Origin: Escherichia coli
Lineage (GTDB): Bacteria; Pseudomonadota; Gammaproteobacteria; Enterobacterales; Enterobacteriaceae
Length of the DNA stretch: 64,000 bases
Assembly: GCF_001677475.2 (NCBI RefSeq)
Contig: NZ_CP015229.1
Reading direction: 5' to 3' (one strand)
Under the pieces are notes generated by a model. The model did no database searches and was not told the DNA's origin. It was given only the letters and a program-made list of their open reading frames with translations. Shown here piece by piece: positions 11,600-21,156 of the stretch (within the stretch, counting starts at the first letter, position 1; each line of letters begins with the position of its first letter). Position numbers and translations under genes: made by a program.

Positions 11600-11995
11600 A
11601 TGAAAACGGTCATCACCTTCGGCACCTTCGATGTGTTTCATGTCGGTCATCTGCGCCTTTTACAACGCGCCCGCGCATTGGGCGAGCGGCTGCTGGTCGG
11701 CGTGTCGTCAGACGCCCTGAACATCGCCAAAAAGGGCAGAGCGCCGGTTTACCATCAGGATGAACGCATGGCGATTATCGCCGGGCTGGCGTGTGTGGAT
11801 GGCGTATTTCTTGAGGAATCGCTGGAGCAAAAAGCAGAGTATTTGCGGGGGTACAGTGCGGATATTTTGGTGATGGGTGATGACTGGGCAGGGAAGTTTG
11901 ACAGCTTTGCGTATATTTGTGAGGTGGTGTATTTCCCCCGCACGCCATCGGTGTCGACGACGGGGATTATTGATGTGATTAGGGCGCTTTTATAA
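11600..11995 (+). CDS. Cytidylyltransferase-like protein (glycerol-3-phosphate cytidylyltransferase TagD-like)
   Basis: GTFDVFHVGH (HxGH nucleotidyltransferase motif); ~131 aa; RBS ggag before ATG at 11600. Confidence 0.7.
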   Translation: MKTVITFGTFDVFHVGHLRLLQRARALGERLLVGVSSDALNIAKKGRAPVYHQDERMAIIAGLACVDGVFLEESLEQKAEYLRGYSADILVMGDDWAGKFDSFAYICEVVYFPRTPSVSTTGIIDVIRALL

Positions 11996-12022
11996 AGTGC
12001 TAACACCCAGATGTTTGTTTCT

Positions 12023-12103
12023 TGCCGGATGCGGCGTAAACGCCTTATCCAGCCTACAAGACGTGATCGATCCGTAGGCCTGATAAGCGAAGCGCATCAG
12101 GCA
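12023..12103. repeat. REP/BIME palindromic units
   Basis: gccggatgcggcgtaaacgccttatcc and inverted partner. Confidence 0.8.
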
Positions 12104-12113
12104 CTTCTGTGGT

Positions 12114-14558
12114 TTACCCCAACGCCTCCACAATCACCATTGCCGCCCGTTCCCCCGCCTTGCCATCCATAAACGCGTCGCAATAGTGATGGCGAATCTC
12201 CGCCAGCTTCGCCTGCAACGCCTTCCAGTCAAACGCCTCTGACAGCAGATAACGCAGTTCCGCCATATCGTGAGCGACGGGTAATATCGCGCGGATTCGC
12301 TGATCGGCGCTTTCAGGCGTGGAGTAGCTTTGCTCGCCATCGAGCAGTTCCGTCATGCCCGAAAAGTCGAGCAGGATCACCCGCTTATCAACGTGGATAG
12401 CATCGAAAATAAAGCCGCTGTTATCGGTGAGCACGTAATCGGCCTTTGCCAGTAGCGCCAGCGTGTGACGGGCGGAGTCGGTGCGCTGTTTTAAATGTCT
12501 GCGCGCCAGGGCCAGCGACGCCGCTTCTTCCGGGCGCGCGCAGGTGCCGTGGTGCAGTTTGCAAATCAGGTTCACATCACCGCTTAAGCGCCCCAATTTT
12601 TCTGCCCAGTGGGGCAGGGAGCTTAATGTGCCAAACGTGGGGGCGTAGAGCACCGTAGTTTTACGAAAATCGGGTTGGATATTTTCCGGCAACGAACGAT
12701 CGAAAGTGCCGTTATGCCAGGTGTCGAAGCGCGGGTTGCCAACCACTTTTGCATTGCCGAAATGTTCCAGCGCCTGCTGGCTGTAGTGGCTGTAACACAA
12801 AATGCGCTGATAAAAACGGTTCCAGTCGGCATGGTTCCACGTCTCTTTGGCTAAGCCGTACATGGCGCGGATGTTCACGGGGGAAAGGCCATTGAGCGCA
12901 GGCGTGTGGTAGGGGCTGACCAGGCATTTCACCCGCTGACCGTGTGCCTGCATTTCAGATAAGCGCATACCTTTAAGCTGCGGATCGACGATACTTTTTA
13001 GCGTCGCCAGCATTTCATCAAGAAACGGTTTAAACACGCGGTCGTTGATCACCAGCGTGCAACTCTGCCCCTGCGCCTGTAGGGATGTGATGATGGGGCG
13101 GTACAGCGCGTAGTGAAAGGAGGTTTCCATAAAAAAGCCGATGGTGTCGGCGATGGGTAACGCGGATGGCGTTGTGGCTACGGGCAATTTATTGAAAAAG
13201 TGACTAATATTATCAGTCACTTTTTGCTCGATATCACTAAAGCCCGGTCGCTGGTAACAAAGGCTCGGATAACAGGCCAGCCATTTGTCGGCGCGTAGCA
13301 GCGACTGCCAACACTCTTCAAGTGAGTGCTCATCGTTGCTCATCTGCTGCGCCAGTTGCGGGTAGTAGCGGCTGTTCACCAGATAAGCGCACACTTTGCG
13401 GCAGTCCCGCGCGTGCACCAGCCCCGGCAAACTTTTTAGCATCGTTCCCTGCGAAATTTCGCCGCCAAGGATCATCACCTGCCAGGGAATTTTCGCCAGG
13501 CTGGCCAGCAGAGTGTTCAGCACCTGAATATGTTTCTCCTGCTTGAGAATGACCGCGTCATCTTCCAGTAAAAGGTAGTTTTGCCAGCCCTGCCGTTGCG
13601 CCAGGCGCAGCGCCTGCAAGTGTGACTGCTGGCGGCCCCGTTGACCGTTTTCATCTTCGCAGGCGGCAAGGCGGGTGATCTTCTCAGGCGGAATATGCAG
13701 CAAAGCCAGTTCTTCACGGATCTGTTGTAAGCGATCCGGGCGTTTATCCAGATTCAGCAGAACGATCTGATCGATCACCTGATGGTTGATCGCCTGATGA
13801 TGAGTGGCGTTATGCAGACTCAGATAAGCATTGCGGAGCAGCGGATCGCGGACGATATCCGTAAGCGTCGCGTTTACTGGCGTGCTGGCCCCGAGAATAA
13901 AGTCTTTATCAAAGGTGTTGTGGCTGTGCGAGATACACAGAATCGTGCGCTCACCGGGCAGTTGTAGCGGGTTAACGCTGAAGTTATCGGTGAAACTTTT
14001 CTCTTCACCTAAATTGCAATCGTCATCGTAGCGGTGCTTTTTCAGGTAGTTACGGTGATAGCAAAAGGTGCCGTTGAGGATGTTATGCGAGCCAAAGCAG
14101 CGGCTTTTGAAAATGCGGTTGATATGGCTGTACCAGATGGGGATCTGGTCGGAACCGGAGATGAGCGCCCGGTGTTTTTGCATCATGGCGATGGTGTACG
14201 AGATTTTATCTGCCGGGTAGTAGTCGTCATCGTCCATGCAGAGGATGTATTCGCCGCGCGCCAGTTCGTTGAGCATATTACGTTTTTTGCCCAGCGGCAG
14301 TTTTTCCGGGTGATGGATGTAGCGGATATTGAAGGACTCCGGCTTGCCATTGGTCAGGCGGTCGATGATGTGTTGATGGCTTTGCGGGGAGTCGTCGAGG
14401 ATGACCAGTTCGCGGCGGTCTGCCGGGTAGTCCTGATAGCGGTACATATAGAGCAGGTACAGCAGGAATGCGCCGCGATTCCAGGTTGGCGTGACGACGC
14501 TGACAAATGGTTTTTCGCGGTGGGTGGCGAGTGTTTTGATGATGGTTGGTGTTGGCAT
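12114..14558 (-). CDS. Multidomain glycosyltransferase (GT2-like N-term, GT25-like middle, CDP-glycerol glycerophosphotransferase TagF-like C-term)
   Basis: DDDDYY (DxD) near N-term; LLEDDAV middle; VLYAPTFG (TagF-family LYAPTWR-like) C-term; start set to internal ATG 14556-14558 because upstream extension reads into a GC-rich repeat. Confidence 0.7.
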   Translation of the reverse strand: MPTPTIIKTLATHREKPFVSVVTPTWNRGAFLLYLLYMYRYQDYPADRRELVILDDSPQSHQHIIDRLTNGKPESFNIRYIHHPEKLPLGKKRNMLNELARGEYILCMDDDDYYPADKISYTIAMMQKHRALISGSDQIPIWYSHINRIFKSRCFGSHNILNGTFCYHRNYLKKHRYDDDCNLGEEKSFTDNFSVNPLQLPGERTILCISHSHNTFDKDFILGASTPVNATLTDIVRDPLLRNAYLSLHNATHHQAINHQVIDQIVLLNLDKRPDRLQQIREELALLHIPPEKITRLAACEDENGQRGRQQSHLQALRLAQRQGWQNYLLLEDDAVILKQEKHIQVLNTLLASLAKIPWQVMILGGEISQGTMLKSLPGLVHARDCRKVCAYLVNSRYYPQLAQQMSNDEHSLEECWQSLLRADKWLACYPSLCYQRPGFSDIEQKVTDNISHFFNKLPVATTPSALPIADTIGFFMETSFHYALYRPIITSLQAQGQSCTLVINDRVFKPFLDEMLATLKSIVDPQLKGMRLSEMQAHGQRVKCLVSPYHTPALNGLSPVNIRAMYGLAKETWNHADWNRFYQRILCYSHYSQQALEHFGNAKVVGNPRFDTWHNGTFDRSLPENIQPDFRKTTVLYAPTFGTLSSLPHWAEKLGRLSGDVNLICKLHHGTCARPEEAASLALARRHLKQRTDSARHTLALLAKADYVLTDNSGFIFDAIHVDKRVILLDFSGMTELLDGEQSYSTPESADQRIRAILPVAHDMAELRYLLSEAFDWKALQAKLAEIRHHYCDAFMDGKAGERAAMVIVEALG

Positions 14559-14596
14559 GGTGTTTGGGTGAGTTAAGGGGTGAATGTGATGAATGT

Positions 14597-14725
14597 GCGC
14601 GCTGATGCCCTCACCCCGACCCTCTCCCACAGGGAGAGGGAGAGAACCAGCGCCGATTTTAATACCGTGCTCGATCGGTTCCCTCGCCCCTTTGGGGAGA
14701 GGGTTAGGGTGAGGGGCAAAGCGCG
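14597..14725. repeat. GC-rich ~130-bp nested-palindrome intergenic repeat, copy 1 (boxC/RSA-type)
   Basis: ccctcaccc...ccctctcccacagggagaggg...cccctcgcccctttggggagagggttagggtgaggg; near-identical copies at ~21948 and ~24236. Confidence 0.8.
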
Positions 14726-14736
14726 CACAGAGCGAC

Positions 14737-15705
14737 TCACGTCAGCAGCGAAAACGCTGAAAGCAGCGGCTCTGCCGCACATAACGACTGAATTTGCTGG
14801 CGAATAAACAGCGCATTTTCACTGGTCCGCCAGCGTTCAAACATGGCGAAGAGGGCGAAAATATCCTCCTTCCGCAGCGGAGAACCATCCAGCGTCCATA
14901 AACTGATTAACGTGCGGATAAGATAAAAATCGCACACCAGCGGGAAATAATCCGCCCCGTCTGCCTGCCCGATCGCATCGTGGTAAACGCGGTAGATCAG
15001 GTAATTACGCAAAATCCAGGGTGAAGTGGTGAAATGCTGCTGCCAGGTAGTTTGCCACTGCGCCTGAAGCTGCTGATGTAACAGGGCTTCGCTGTTGGCG
15101 TCATGCAATGTCAGTAAAGAAACCTGCAACGGCAGCGAGGCTTTGCGCGGGCTTTCCGGCAGAATCGACCAGTCAAACGCAAAACTTCCGAGCAGCGTCA
15201 CCAGCTGGCGTGCCAGCTGTGGCACAGGTGGCAACTGGGCGAACTGTGCCTGTAGCGTACCTTTTCGCGCATGGTCGGCCAGCGCCTGCGGCAGCGTCGT
15301 CAAACGGGCCAGAGTATCGCCATTCTTGCCCGGCATTTTACTGGCGCGGGAGAGCAGGATACCGACGGCATACAGTGACAATTCCGGGGTTAAATCGGCG
15401 AGCGTAAGGGTGCTCAAAATGACCTGGTTTAATATCACATCGCGTGCGGAAAGCTCACTGGCACTCTCTTCCATAGACCGATAGGTGAGCTGTAATTCAA
15501 ACGCACTGGCGTCGTTGAGCACCGCTTCGCAGCTTTCTGGCTCTGTAAGCATCAGACTCAGGCGAATTTCATTTTTCCATACCTTGCGGACATACAAAGG
15601 CGAACCAGGATGTTGTGCAATAAATTTGCGCACAAATTCAGGTTCGTAACATTCAATAAAACTCATAGGAGGCTTCCAGTCTTTAATGCTGAACAGGAAT
15701 TGCAA
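14737..15705 (-). CDS. Hypothetical protein, Flag-2-associated
   Basis: 322-aa ORF co-oriented downstream of lfgN; no motif recognised by eye. Confidence 0.5.
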   Translation of the reverse strand: MQFLFSIKDWKPPMSFIECYEPEFVRKFIAQHPGSPLYVRKVWKNEIRLSLMLTEPESCEAVLNDASAFELQLTYRSMEESASELSARDVILNQVILSTLTLADLTPELSLYAVGILLSRASKMPGKNGDTLARLTTLPQALADHARKGTLQAQFAQLPPVPQLARQLVTLLGSFAFDWSILPESPRKASLPLQVSLLTLHDANSEALLHQQLQAQWQTTWQQHFTTSPWILRNYLIYRVYHDAIGQADGADYFPLVCDFYLIRTLISLWTLDGSPLRKEDIFALFAMFERWRTSENALFIRQQIQSLCAAEPLLSAFSLLT

Positions 15706-15793
15706 TTACCGTGCCGGAAAATTTTTTAATATAAAACAAAGAATTGTTTTTCAGGCGGAAAATCCATTTCCGCTATGGGGGAAGGAATGGTCA

Positions 15794-16222
15794 TTATTCC
15801 TGATAAATAAAATCCGCTTCGCTGCCTAAAAAAGACTGAATAAATTCATACTGACGAATCAACAATTCACCGTTTTTATCGTTATACGCCTTACAGCGTT
15901 CGGCTTTTTGTTCAAGTCGTTGCCACAAGCGTTGTGCCGCCTCTTTTTGTACGGCGGGTAACCAGTTAAAAATCTGCTCTAAACCTTCCCGATTGACACT
16001 GACGCCGAGAAATTTCAGCAGGCTGTGGCGTTGTTGGCTGTGGCTGTTTAACTGATCGTAGTGATGCATTATCTCATCATTCACCGCCAGTAATTCCTCA
16101 CTCGCGCGGCGAATCATGCAGATCCGCTGACGATGGAGAAGTTCGCGCAGGGAATCGTAAAGCGCGTCATCGTCACGAATTCCCTGCAACAACGCCTTCA
16201 CCTGTTGTAACCGGATACTCAC
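15794..16222 (-). CDS. lfgN: Flagellar chaperone FlgN-like protein
   Basis: 142 aa, position after flgM homolog. Confidence 0.65.
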   Translation of the reverse strand: MSIRLQQVKALLQGIRDDDALYDSLRELLHRQRICMIRRASEELLAVNDEIMHHYDQLNSHSQQRHSLLKFLGVSVNREGLEQIFNWLPAVQKEAAQRLWQRLEQKAERCKAYNDKNGELLIRQYEFIQSFLGSEADFIYQE

Positions 16223-16234
16223 TTCATCGGCCTC

Positions 16235-16513
16235 TTAGTTCTGGAAAAAACTCAGCATGTCGCTGGCTAACTGTTCGGTGTCCACTTGCAGGCTGCCGGA
16301 GGCCAGCATCGCCTGCATTTGCTCCACTTTGTCGCTGTCGATATCGCTCTCTTGCTGGTCGTTCAGCGTTTGCTGGGCAGACTGCAATCCCGCCTGGGTA
16401 ATGTCGTCGGCGCTTAGCGTCGTGGTGGTGGTCGCTGTGCTTTTACGCGGCTGGCTGGAGCCTGCCGTTGTGGCTGTCGGGCGATTGCCTGGCATAGTCG
16501 GGGTGATTTTCAT
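16235..16513 (-). CDS. lfgM: Anti-sigma-28 factor FlgM homolog
   Basis: 92 aa, Ser/Thr-rich N-term, FlgM-like C-terminal helices. Confidence 0.7.
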   Translation of the reverse strand: MKITPTMPGNRPTATTAGSSQPRKSTATTTTTLSADDITQAGLQSAQQTLNDQQESDIDSDKVEQMQAMLASGSLQVDTEQLASDMLSFFQN

Positions 16514-16593
16514 CGCAACCTCGTCTCGGTATTTAGGTGGGTTACTCCGGTAAAGCGGTTAACAGGCGGCAAAACTTTAATCGCCTGCGCAAA

Positions 16594-17331
16594 TTACTCC
16601 GCGCCTACCGTCGTCACCACGCCGCTTTCCGCCACCATCGCGCTGATGACCCGCTGGCTGCTGGCGTTACGTACTTTCACCATCTCGCCTTTGCGACCAT
16701 TTTTCAGCGCCACGCCGGGCATCGAGGCGGTGATCCCCGCGTTCTGGAAAACAATCATCACCGGCTGATCGCGCTCGACCAGCACCGGAGACACCAGTTC
16801 TTCTTTGGTAAGCGGCCTGCCTGGTTGCAGCGCGTGCTTACTGCTTAAACCAATCGCGTCATCGAGCTCCATCAACACATCGCGACGCTGGGCGCTGACG
16901 TTGTAGGGCTTCAGCTCCACATCATTCGCGGTGAGAGGCGTATCGCGGGCAATCAGTGACTTCGCCATCACCACCGGCACCAGAACATCCGGGCGCACCG
17001 CCACGTTCATCTGCCAGCTTTGCGGGCAACTGACGGTGAAGTTCATGCGGTTGAGGGCGATTTCCGCAGGCGATGTCAGCGTGACGCCGGGTGTTGTAAT
17101 ACAGGGCGCGGCGGTCGCAATCTGCGACGGAATATAGACCTTAAAGGTGTAGCGATAGTCATGCCATTGCCGCTGTTGCGCCAGCGATTCAATTTCCTGG
17201 CTCGCGGCATTCAGCACCTGGGCGTTGACTTGTTCCCGCGCGCTGTGTTGCACGGGGTGGACGGCGGCGTAGCCCGGTAAGGCCAGCACCAGGAGGAAGA
17301 ACAACTTCCGCCTGCAAAATTGAAAACTCAT
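16594..17331 (-). CDS. lfgA: Flagellar basal-body P-ring formation protein FlgA homolog
   Basis: 245 aa with signal peptide; divergent from flgB homolog. Confidence 0.75.
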   Translation of the reverse strand: MSFQFCRRKLFFLLVLALPGYAAVHPVQHSAREQVNAQVLNAASQEIESLAQQRQWHDYRYTFKVYIPSQIATAAPCITTPGVTLTSPAEIALNRMNFTVSCPQSWQMNVAVRPDVLVPVVMAKSLIARDTPLTANDVELKPYNVSAQRRDVLMELDDAIGLSSKHALQPGRPLTKEELVSPVLVERDQPVMIVFQNAGITASMPGVALKNGRKGEMVKVRNASSQRVISAMVAESGVVTTVGAE

Positions 17332-17360
17332 AAACCCTTTCTCATCAGTGACTTAAAAAA

Positions 17361-17377
17361 TGGCACGGCGATTGCTT
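17361..17377 (+). promoter_or_regulatory. Candidate sigma-54 promoter (TGGCAC-N5-TTGCT) for lfgBCDEFG
   Basis: tggcacggcgattgctt ~35 bp upstream of lfgB start; LafK is a sigma-54 activator. Confidence 0.6.
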
Positions 17378-17412
17378 AGCGTATGCGTATTGAAGCAGGA
17401 GTGACGCAGGAA

Positions 17413-17748
17413 ATGGGGATCAGTTTTCAACAGGCATTGGGAGTGCATCCGCAGGCAGTGAAGTTACGTCTTGAGAGGACCGAGCTACTGACTGCGAATC
17501 TGGCGAATGTCGATACGCCAAATTTCAAGGCTAAAGATATTGATTTTGCCAGGGAGATGCAACGGGCAAATAACGTGGCGGTGGATGTCCAGTACCGCGT
17601 GCCGATGCAGCCGTCGGAAGATGGCAACACCGTGGAACTGAACAGCGAACAGGCGCGGTTTTCACAAAATAGTATGGATTATCAAAGCAGTTTGACCTTT
17701 CTGAATCTGCAAATTAGCGGCATCAGAGAGGCCATTGAAGGGAAATAA
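17413..17748 (+). CDS. lfgB: Flagellar basal-body rod protein FlgB homolog
   Basis: ANLANVDTPNFKAKDIDF rod-protein N-terminal motif; start set to ATG 17413. Confidence 0.85.
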   Translation: MGISFQQALGVHPQAVKLRLERTELLTANLANVDTPNFKAKDIDFAREMQRANNVAVDVQYRVPMQPSEDGNTVELNSEQARFSQNSMDYQSSLTFLNLQISGIREAIEGK

Positions 17749-17750
17749 GC

Positions 17751-18182
17751 ATGTCATTTACTGATATCTATCAGATTTCCGGCTCGGCGATGACGGCGCA
17801 AACGCTACGTCTGAATACCGTCGCCAGTAACCTGGCGAATGCTAATGCGCCCGCCAGCAGCGAGGCGCAGGCGTATAAAGCGCGCAGCCCGGTGTTTGCG
17901 GCGGTGTATCACCACAGCTTGCTGGCGGGTACACATCGTCATGCCATTGACGGTGCCAGCGTGCAGGTGCAGGACGTGCTGCAAACCGGCGGGGCGGTGA
18001 AACGCTATGAACCGCATTCACCTCTGGCGGATGCTAACGGGGATGTCTGGTATCCCGACGTCAACGTGGTGGAACAGATGGCGGACATGATGTCGGCTTC
18101 GCGCGATTTTGAAACCAACGTCGATGTGCTCAACAACGTGAAAAGTATGCAGCAAAGTTTGCTGAAACTGGGAGAAGCCTGA
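17751..18182 (+). CDS. lfgC: Flagellar basal-body rod protein FlgC homolog
   Basis: 143 aa; SNLANANA motif. Confidence 0.85.
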   Translation: MSFTDIYQISGSAMTAQTLRLNTVASNLANANAPASSEAQAYKARSPVFAAVYHHSLLAGTHRHAIDGASVQVQDVLQTGGAVKRYEPHSPLADANGDVWYPDVNVVEQMADMMSASRDFETNVDVLNNVKSMQQSLLKLGEA

Positions 18183-18895
18183 TGAATACCCTGGCGCTGA
18201 ATGCGCAATCGCCGCAGCCGACCGCCACGGCGGAAAGCAATAATGTGGCGGCCAGCGACACGACAAGCAGCAGCGATAGCTCGCCCGTCGATACCTTCCT
18301 GACGCTGTTTGTCGCCGAGATCCAAAACCAGGACCCGACCGACCCAACCGACGCCACCGAATATATCGACCAGCTTTCGTCGATGGCGCAGGTGGCGATG
18401 ATGGAAGAGATGAGCGTGCAGGCCAACACCAACGCGGTGCTGATGAGCAACATTCAGGTGATGGCGCTCGGCAACCTGGTGGGCGACGACATTATGGTAC
18501 AGACCTCCGCCTTGCAGGTAAGCGACCAGACTATTAACGGTCGCGCCACGCTGGACGATGCCTGTACCACTGCCGATCTCCACTTTACCGATGCCGCAGG
18601 CGATGACTACACCGTTTCTCTGATCCCGCAGGGCAGTTCGTCTGTCGGGCCAGGCCAGGTCGATTTCTCGATTAATCCGGCGGATTACGGTATCCCGCCG
18701 GGCGATTACGACGTCTCGGTAGTCACCAACACCGGGGAAGAAGAGGTGCCGATTGAAGTCTCCGGCGAAGTGGAAGATGTGCGCATCCCGCTCGACGGCA
18801 GCTCTCCGGTGCTCAACGTTGCAGGCGTCGGCGAAGTGCCGTTCACCATGATTAGCCAGTTTGGCGTACCCGATGCCGACAGTGATGTGGCGTGA
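18182..18895 (+). CDS. lfgD: Flagellar hook assembly protein FlgD homolog
   Basis: FLTLFVAEIQNQDPTDP FlgD N-terminal motif. Confidence 0.8.
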   Translation: MNTLALNAQSPQPTATAESNNVAASDTTSSSDSSPVDTFLTLFVAEIQNQDPTDPTDATEYIDQLSSMAQVAMMEEMSVQANTNAVLMSNIQVMALGNLVGDDIMVQTSALQVSDQTINGRATLDDACTTADLHFTDAAGDDYTVSLIPQGSSSVGPGQVDFSINPADYGIPPGDYDVSVVTNTGEEEVPIEVSGEVEDVRIPLDGSSPVLNVAGVGEVPFTMISQFGVPDADSDVA

Positions 18896-18911
18896 TGTCC
18901 GGTGCCAAATT

Positions 18912-18993
18912 GCCTGATGCGCTTCGCTTATCAGGCCTACATGAATCTGCATGGTTTTGTAGGCCGGATAAGGTGTTCACGCCGCATCCGGCA
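18912..18993. repeat. REP/BIME palindromic units
   Basis: cctgatgcgcttcgcttatcaggcctac ... ggccggataaggtgttcacgccgcatccggc. Confidence 0.8.
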
Positions 18994-19038
18994 AAACAAC
19001 GGGCACGCTGTCAAAATTTGAATTAACAGGAAGACACA

Positions 19039-20241
19039 ATGAGTTATGAAATTGCCGCAACGGGGCTGAATGCCGTTAACGAACAGCTGGACGGGATCAG
19101 TAACAACATCGCCAACGCCGGAACGGTGGGCTATAAGTCGATGACCACCCAGTTTTCCGCCATGTATGCCGGAAGTCAGGCGATGGGCGTCAGCGTGGCG
19201 GGCACCGCGCAAAGCATTTCGCGCGGCGGTTCGCTGGTCTCCACCGGTAACGCGCTCGATTTAGCGATTAACAACGATGGCTTTTTTGTTACCTGCGACA
19301 GCGCGGGCAACATTTCCTACACCCGCGCCGGATCGTTTGAAACCGACAAAAACGGCTATATCGTCAACGCCTCAGGCGCTTATTTGCAGGGCTACCCGGT
19401 CGATGACAGCGGCACTTTGCAAACCGGTACAGTCACAGATATCCAGATCAAAACCGGTAATATTCCGGCGCAGGCCAGCAGCAGCCTGACTTTTACCGCT
19501 AACTTCAACGCCAGCGATGAAGCTATCGACCGCACCACCGTACCGTTCGACCCGACCAACAGCAGCTCGTACACCGACAGCTACACCACCACGGTGTATG
19601 ACTCATTAGGCAACGAACATTCGGTATGCCAGTACTTCACCAAAACCAGCGATAACACCTGGGAAGTACAGTACACCTTCGACGGTCAGCAGCAGACCGG
19701 CGTTCCGGCGACGACGTTAACCTTCGACCCGAACACCGGGAAGCTGACTTCGCCAACCACGCCGCAGACCATTGAGTTTCAGACCGACGCAGCCGCACCC
19801 ATCGACTTAACCGTCGATTACTCGACCTGTACGCAATACGGCTCGGACTTCTCGGTCACCACCAACTCTGCCAACGGCTACGCTTCCGCGACTCAAAACG
19901 GTGTGCAGGTCGATGACGATGGCAAAGTTTACGCTACCTACAGCAACGGCGAGCGCATGTTGCAGGGGCAGGTGGTGCTGGCGACCTTCCCGAATGAAAA
20001 CGGCCTGGAGGCAGTGAGCGGCACCGCGTGGGTACAAACGGGCGAATCCGGCACCCCGCTGATTGGCGTTCCCGGCTCCGGCACCTGCGGCACGCTGTCG
20101 TCGGGCGTGCTCGAAAGCTCTAACGTCGATATCACCAGCGAACTGGTCAACCTGATGACCGCCCAGCGTAACTATCAGGCCAACACCAAAGTTATCGCTA
20201 CCAGCACGCAGCTCGATGACGCGCTGTTCCAGGCAATGTAA
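19039..20241 (+). CDS. lfgE: Flagellar hook protein FlgE homolog
   Basis: 400 aa; conserved flg N- and C-terminal helices. Confidence 0.85.
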   Translation: MSYEIAATGLNAVNEQLDGISNNIANAGTVGYKSMTTQFSAMYAGSQAMGVSVAGTAQSISRGGSLVSTGNALDLAINNDGFFVTCDSAGNISYTRAGSFETDKNGYIVNASGAYLQGYPVDDSGTLQTGTVTDIQIKTGNIPAQASSSLTFTANFNASDEAIDRTTVPFDPTNSSSYTDSYTTTVYDSLGNEHSVCQYFTKTSDNTWEVQYTFDGQQQTGVPATTLTFDPNTGKLTSPTTPQTIEFQTDAAAPIDLTVDYSTCTQYGSDFSVTTNSANGYASATQNGVQVDDDGKVYATYSNGERMLQGQVVLATFPNENGLEAVSGTAWVQTGESGTPLIGVPGSGTCGTLSSGVLESSNVDITSELVNLMTAQRNYQANTKVIATSTQLDDALFQAM

Positions 20242-20978
20242 TGGATCGCTTGATTTATACCGCCCTGAGCGGTGCTTCTCAGACCCTGTACGAGCAGCAG
20301 ATTAGCGCAAACAACCTGGCGAACGTCAACACCAATGGTTTTCGCGCCGATATGGCAATGGCAACCAACGACAAGGTGAAAGGCGGCGGCTTCGACACGC
20401 GCTATATGGCGCAGGAAGGGGCCAGCGGCGTGAACGACAGCACGGGTGTAGCGGAGAAAACCGAACGCCCGCTGGACGTGGCGATTCAGGGCGCGGGTTA
20501 CATTGCGGTGCAGGATAAAAACGGCAACGAAGTTTATACCCGCAACGGCAACATTCAGCAGGACGACCAGGGTCAACTGACTATCGACGGCAATCTGGTG
20601 CTGGGGGATAACGGGCCGATCATTCTGCCGCCGAACGCCATTGCTTCGTTTGGCAGCGACGGCACGTTGTCGGTGACGCCCGATGACGGCGACGTGACCG
20701 CGACGATGGATATCGACCGCCTGAAGCTGGTGGATATTCCGGTCGCTAACCTGGCGAAAAACGGCGAAGGGATGCTGGTAACTGCCGACGGCGTACCGGC
20801 TCAGCGCGATGAAAACATCAAAGTTAGCGGTGGTTTTCTGGAGGGCAGTAACGTCTCGGCGGTGAGTGAGATGATGTCGTCCATCGCCATGAACCGCCAG
20901 TTCGAAGCGCAGATCAAGATGATGAAAACCGCCGAAGATATCAGCGACGCGGGCAACCGCTTATTGCGCGGCTCGTAA
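20241..20978 (+). CDS. lfgF: Flagellar basal-body rod protein FlgF homolog
   Basis: 245 aa rod protein. Confidence 0.8.
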   Translation: MDRLIYTALSGASQTLYEQQISANNLANVNTNGFRADMAMATNDKVKGGGFDTRYMAQEGASGVNDSTGVAEKTERPLDVAIQGAGYIAVQDKNGNEVYTRNGNIQQDDQGQLTIDGNLVLGDNGPIILPPNAIASFGSDGTLSVTPDDGDVTATMDIDRLKLVDIPVANLAKNGEGMLVTADGVPAQRDENIKVSGGFLEGSNVSAVSEMMSSIAMNRQFEAQIKMMKTAEDISDAGNRLLRGS

Positions 20979-20985
20979 CCGCACA

Positions 20986-21122
20986 TCGTAGGCCGGATAA
21001 GGCGTTCACGCCGCATCCGGCAGTTATGCGGTGGCGCCTGATGCGACGCTTTGCGTCTTATCAGGCCTACAAGCCTGTGCCCAAACCGTAGGCCGGATAA
21101 GGCGTTCACGCCGCATCCGGCA
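20986..21122. repeat. Cluster of REP/BIME palindromic units (at least three)
   Basis: Repeated ggccggataaggcgttcacgccgcatccggca and gcctgatgcgacgctttgcgtcttatcaggcctac. Confidence 0.85.
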
Positions 21123-21156
21123 ATCGGCGGCAAAAAACAACACGGAATTTACCACC

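Noticed and set aside
14559-14630. N-terminal extension of the glycosyltransferase ORF (MGEGRGEGISAHIHH...)
   Set aside because: Extension reads into the GC-rich palindromic repeat; the internal ATG at 14556-14558 gives a sensible N-terminus.
18005-18952. 315-aa minus-strand ORF
   Set aside because: Antisense to lfgC/lfgD; the real genes on the plus strand have clear flagellar rod/hook motifs.
21031-21156. N-terminal extension of lfgG ORF
   Set aside because: Extension is translated REP palindromes; FlgG homology begins at the internal Met (MNAALWSS...).
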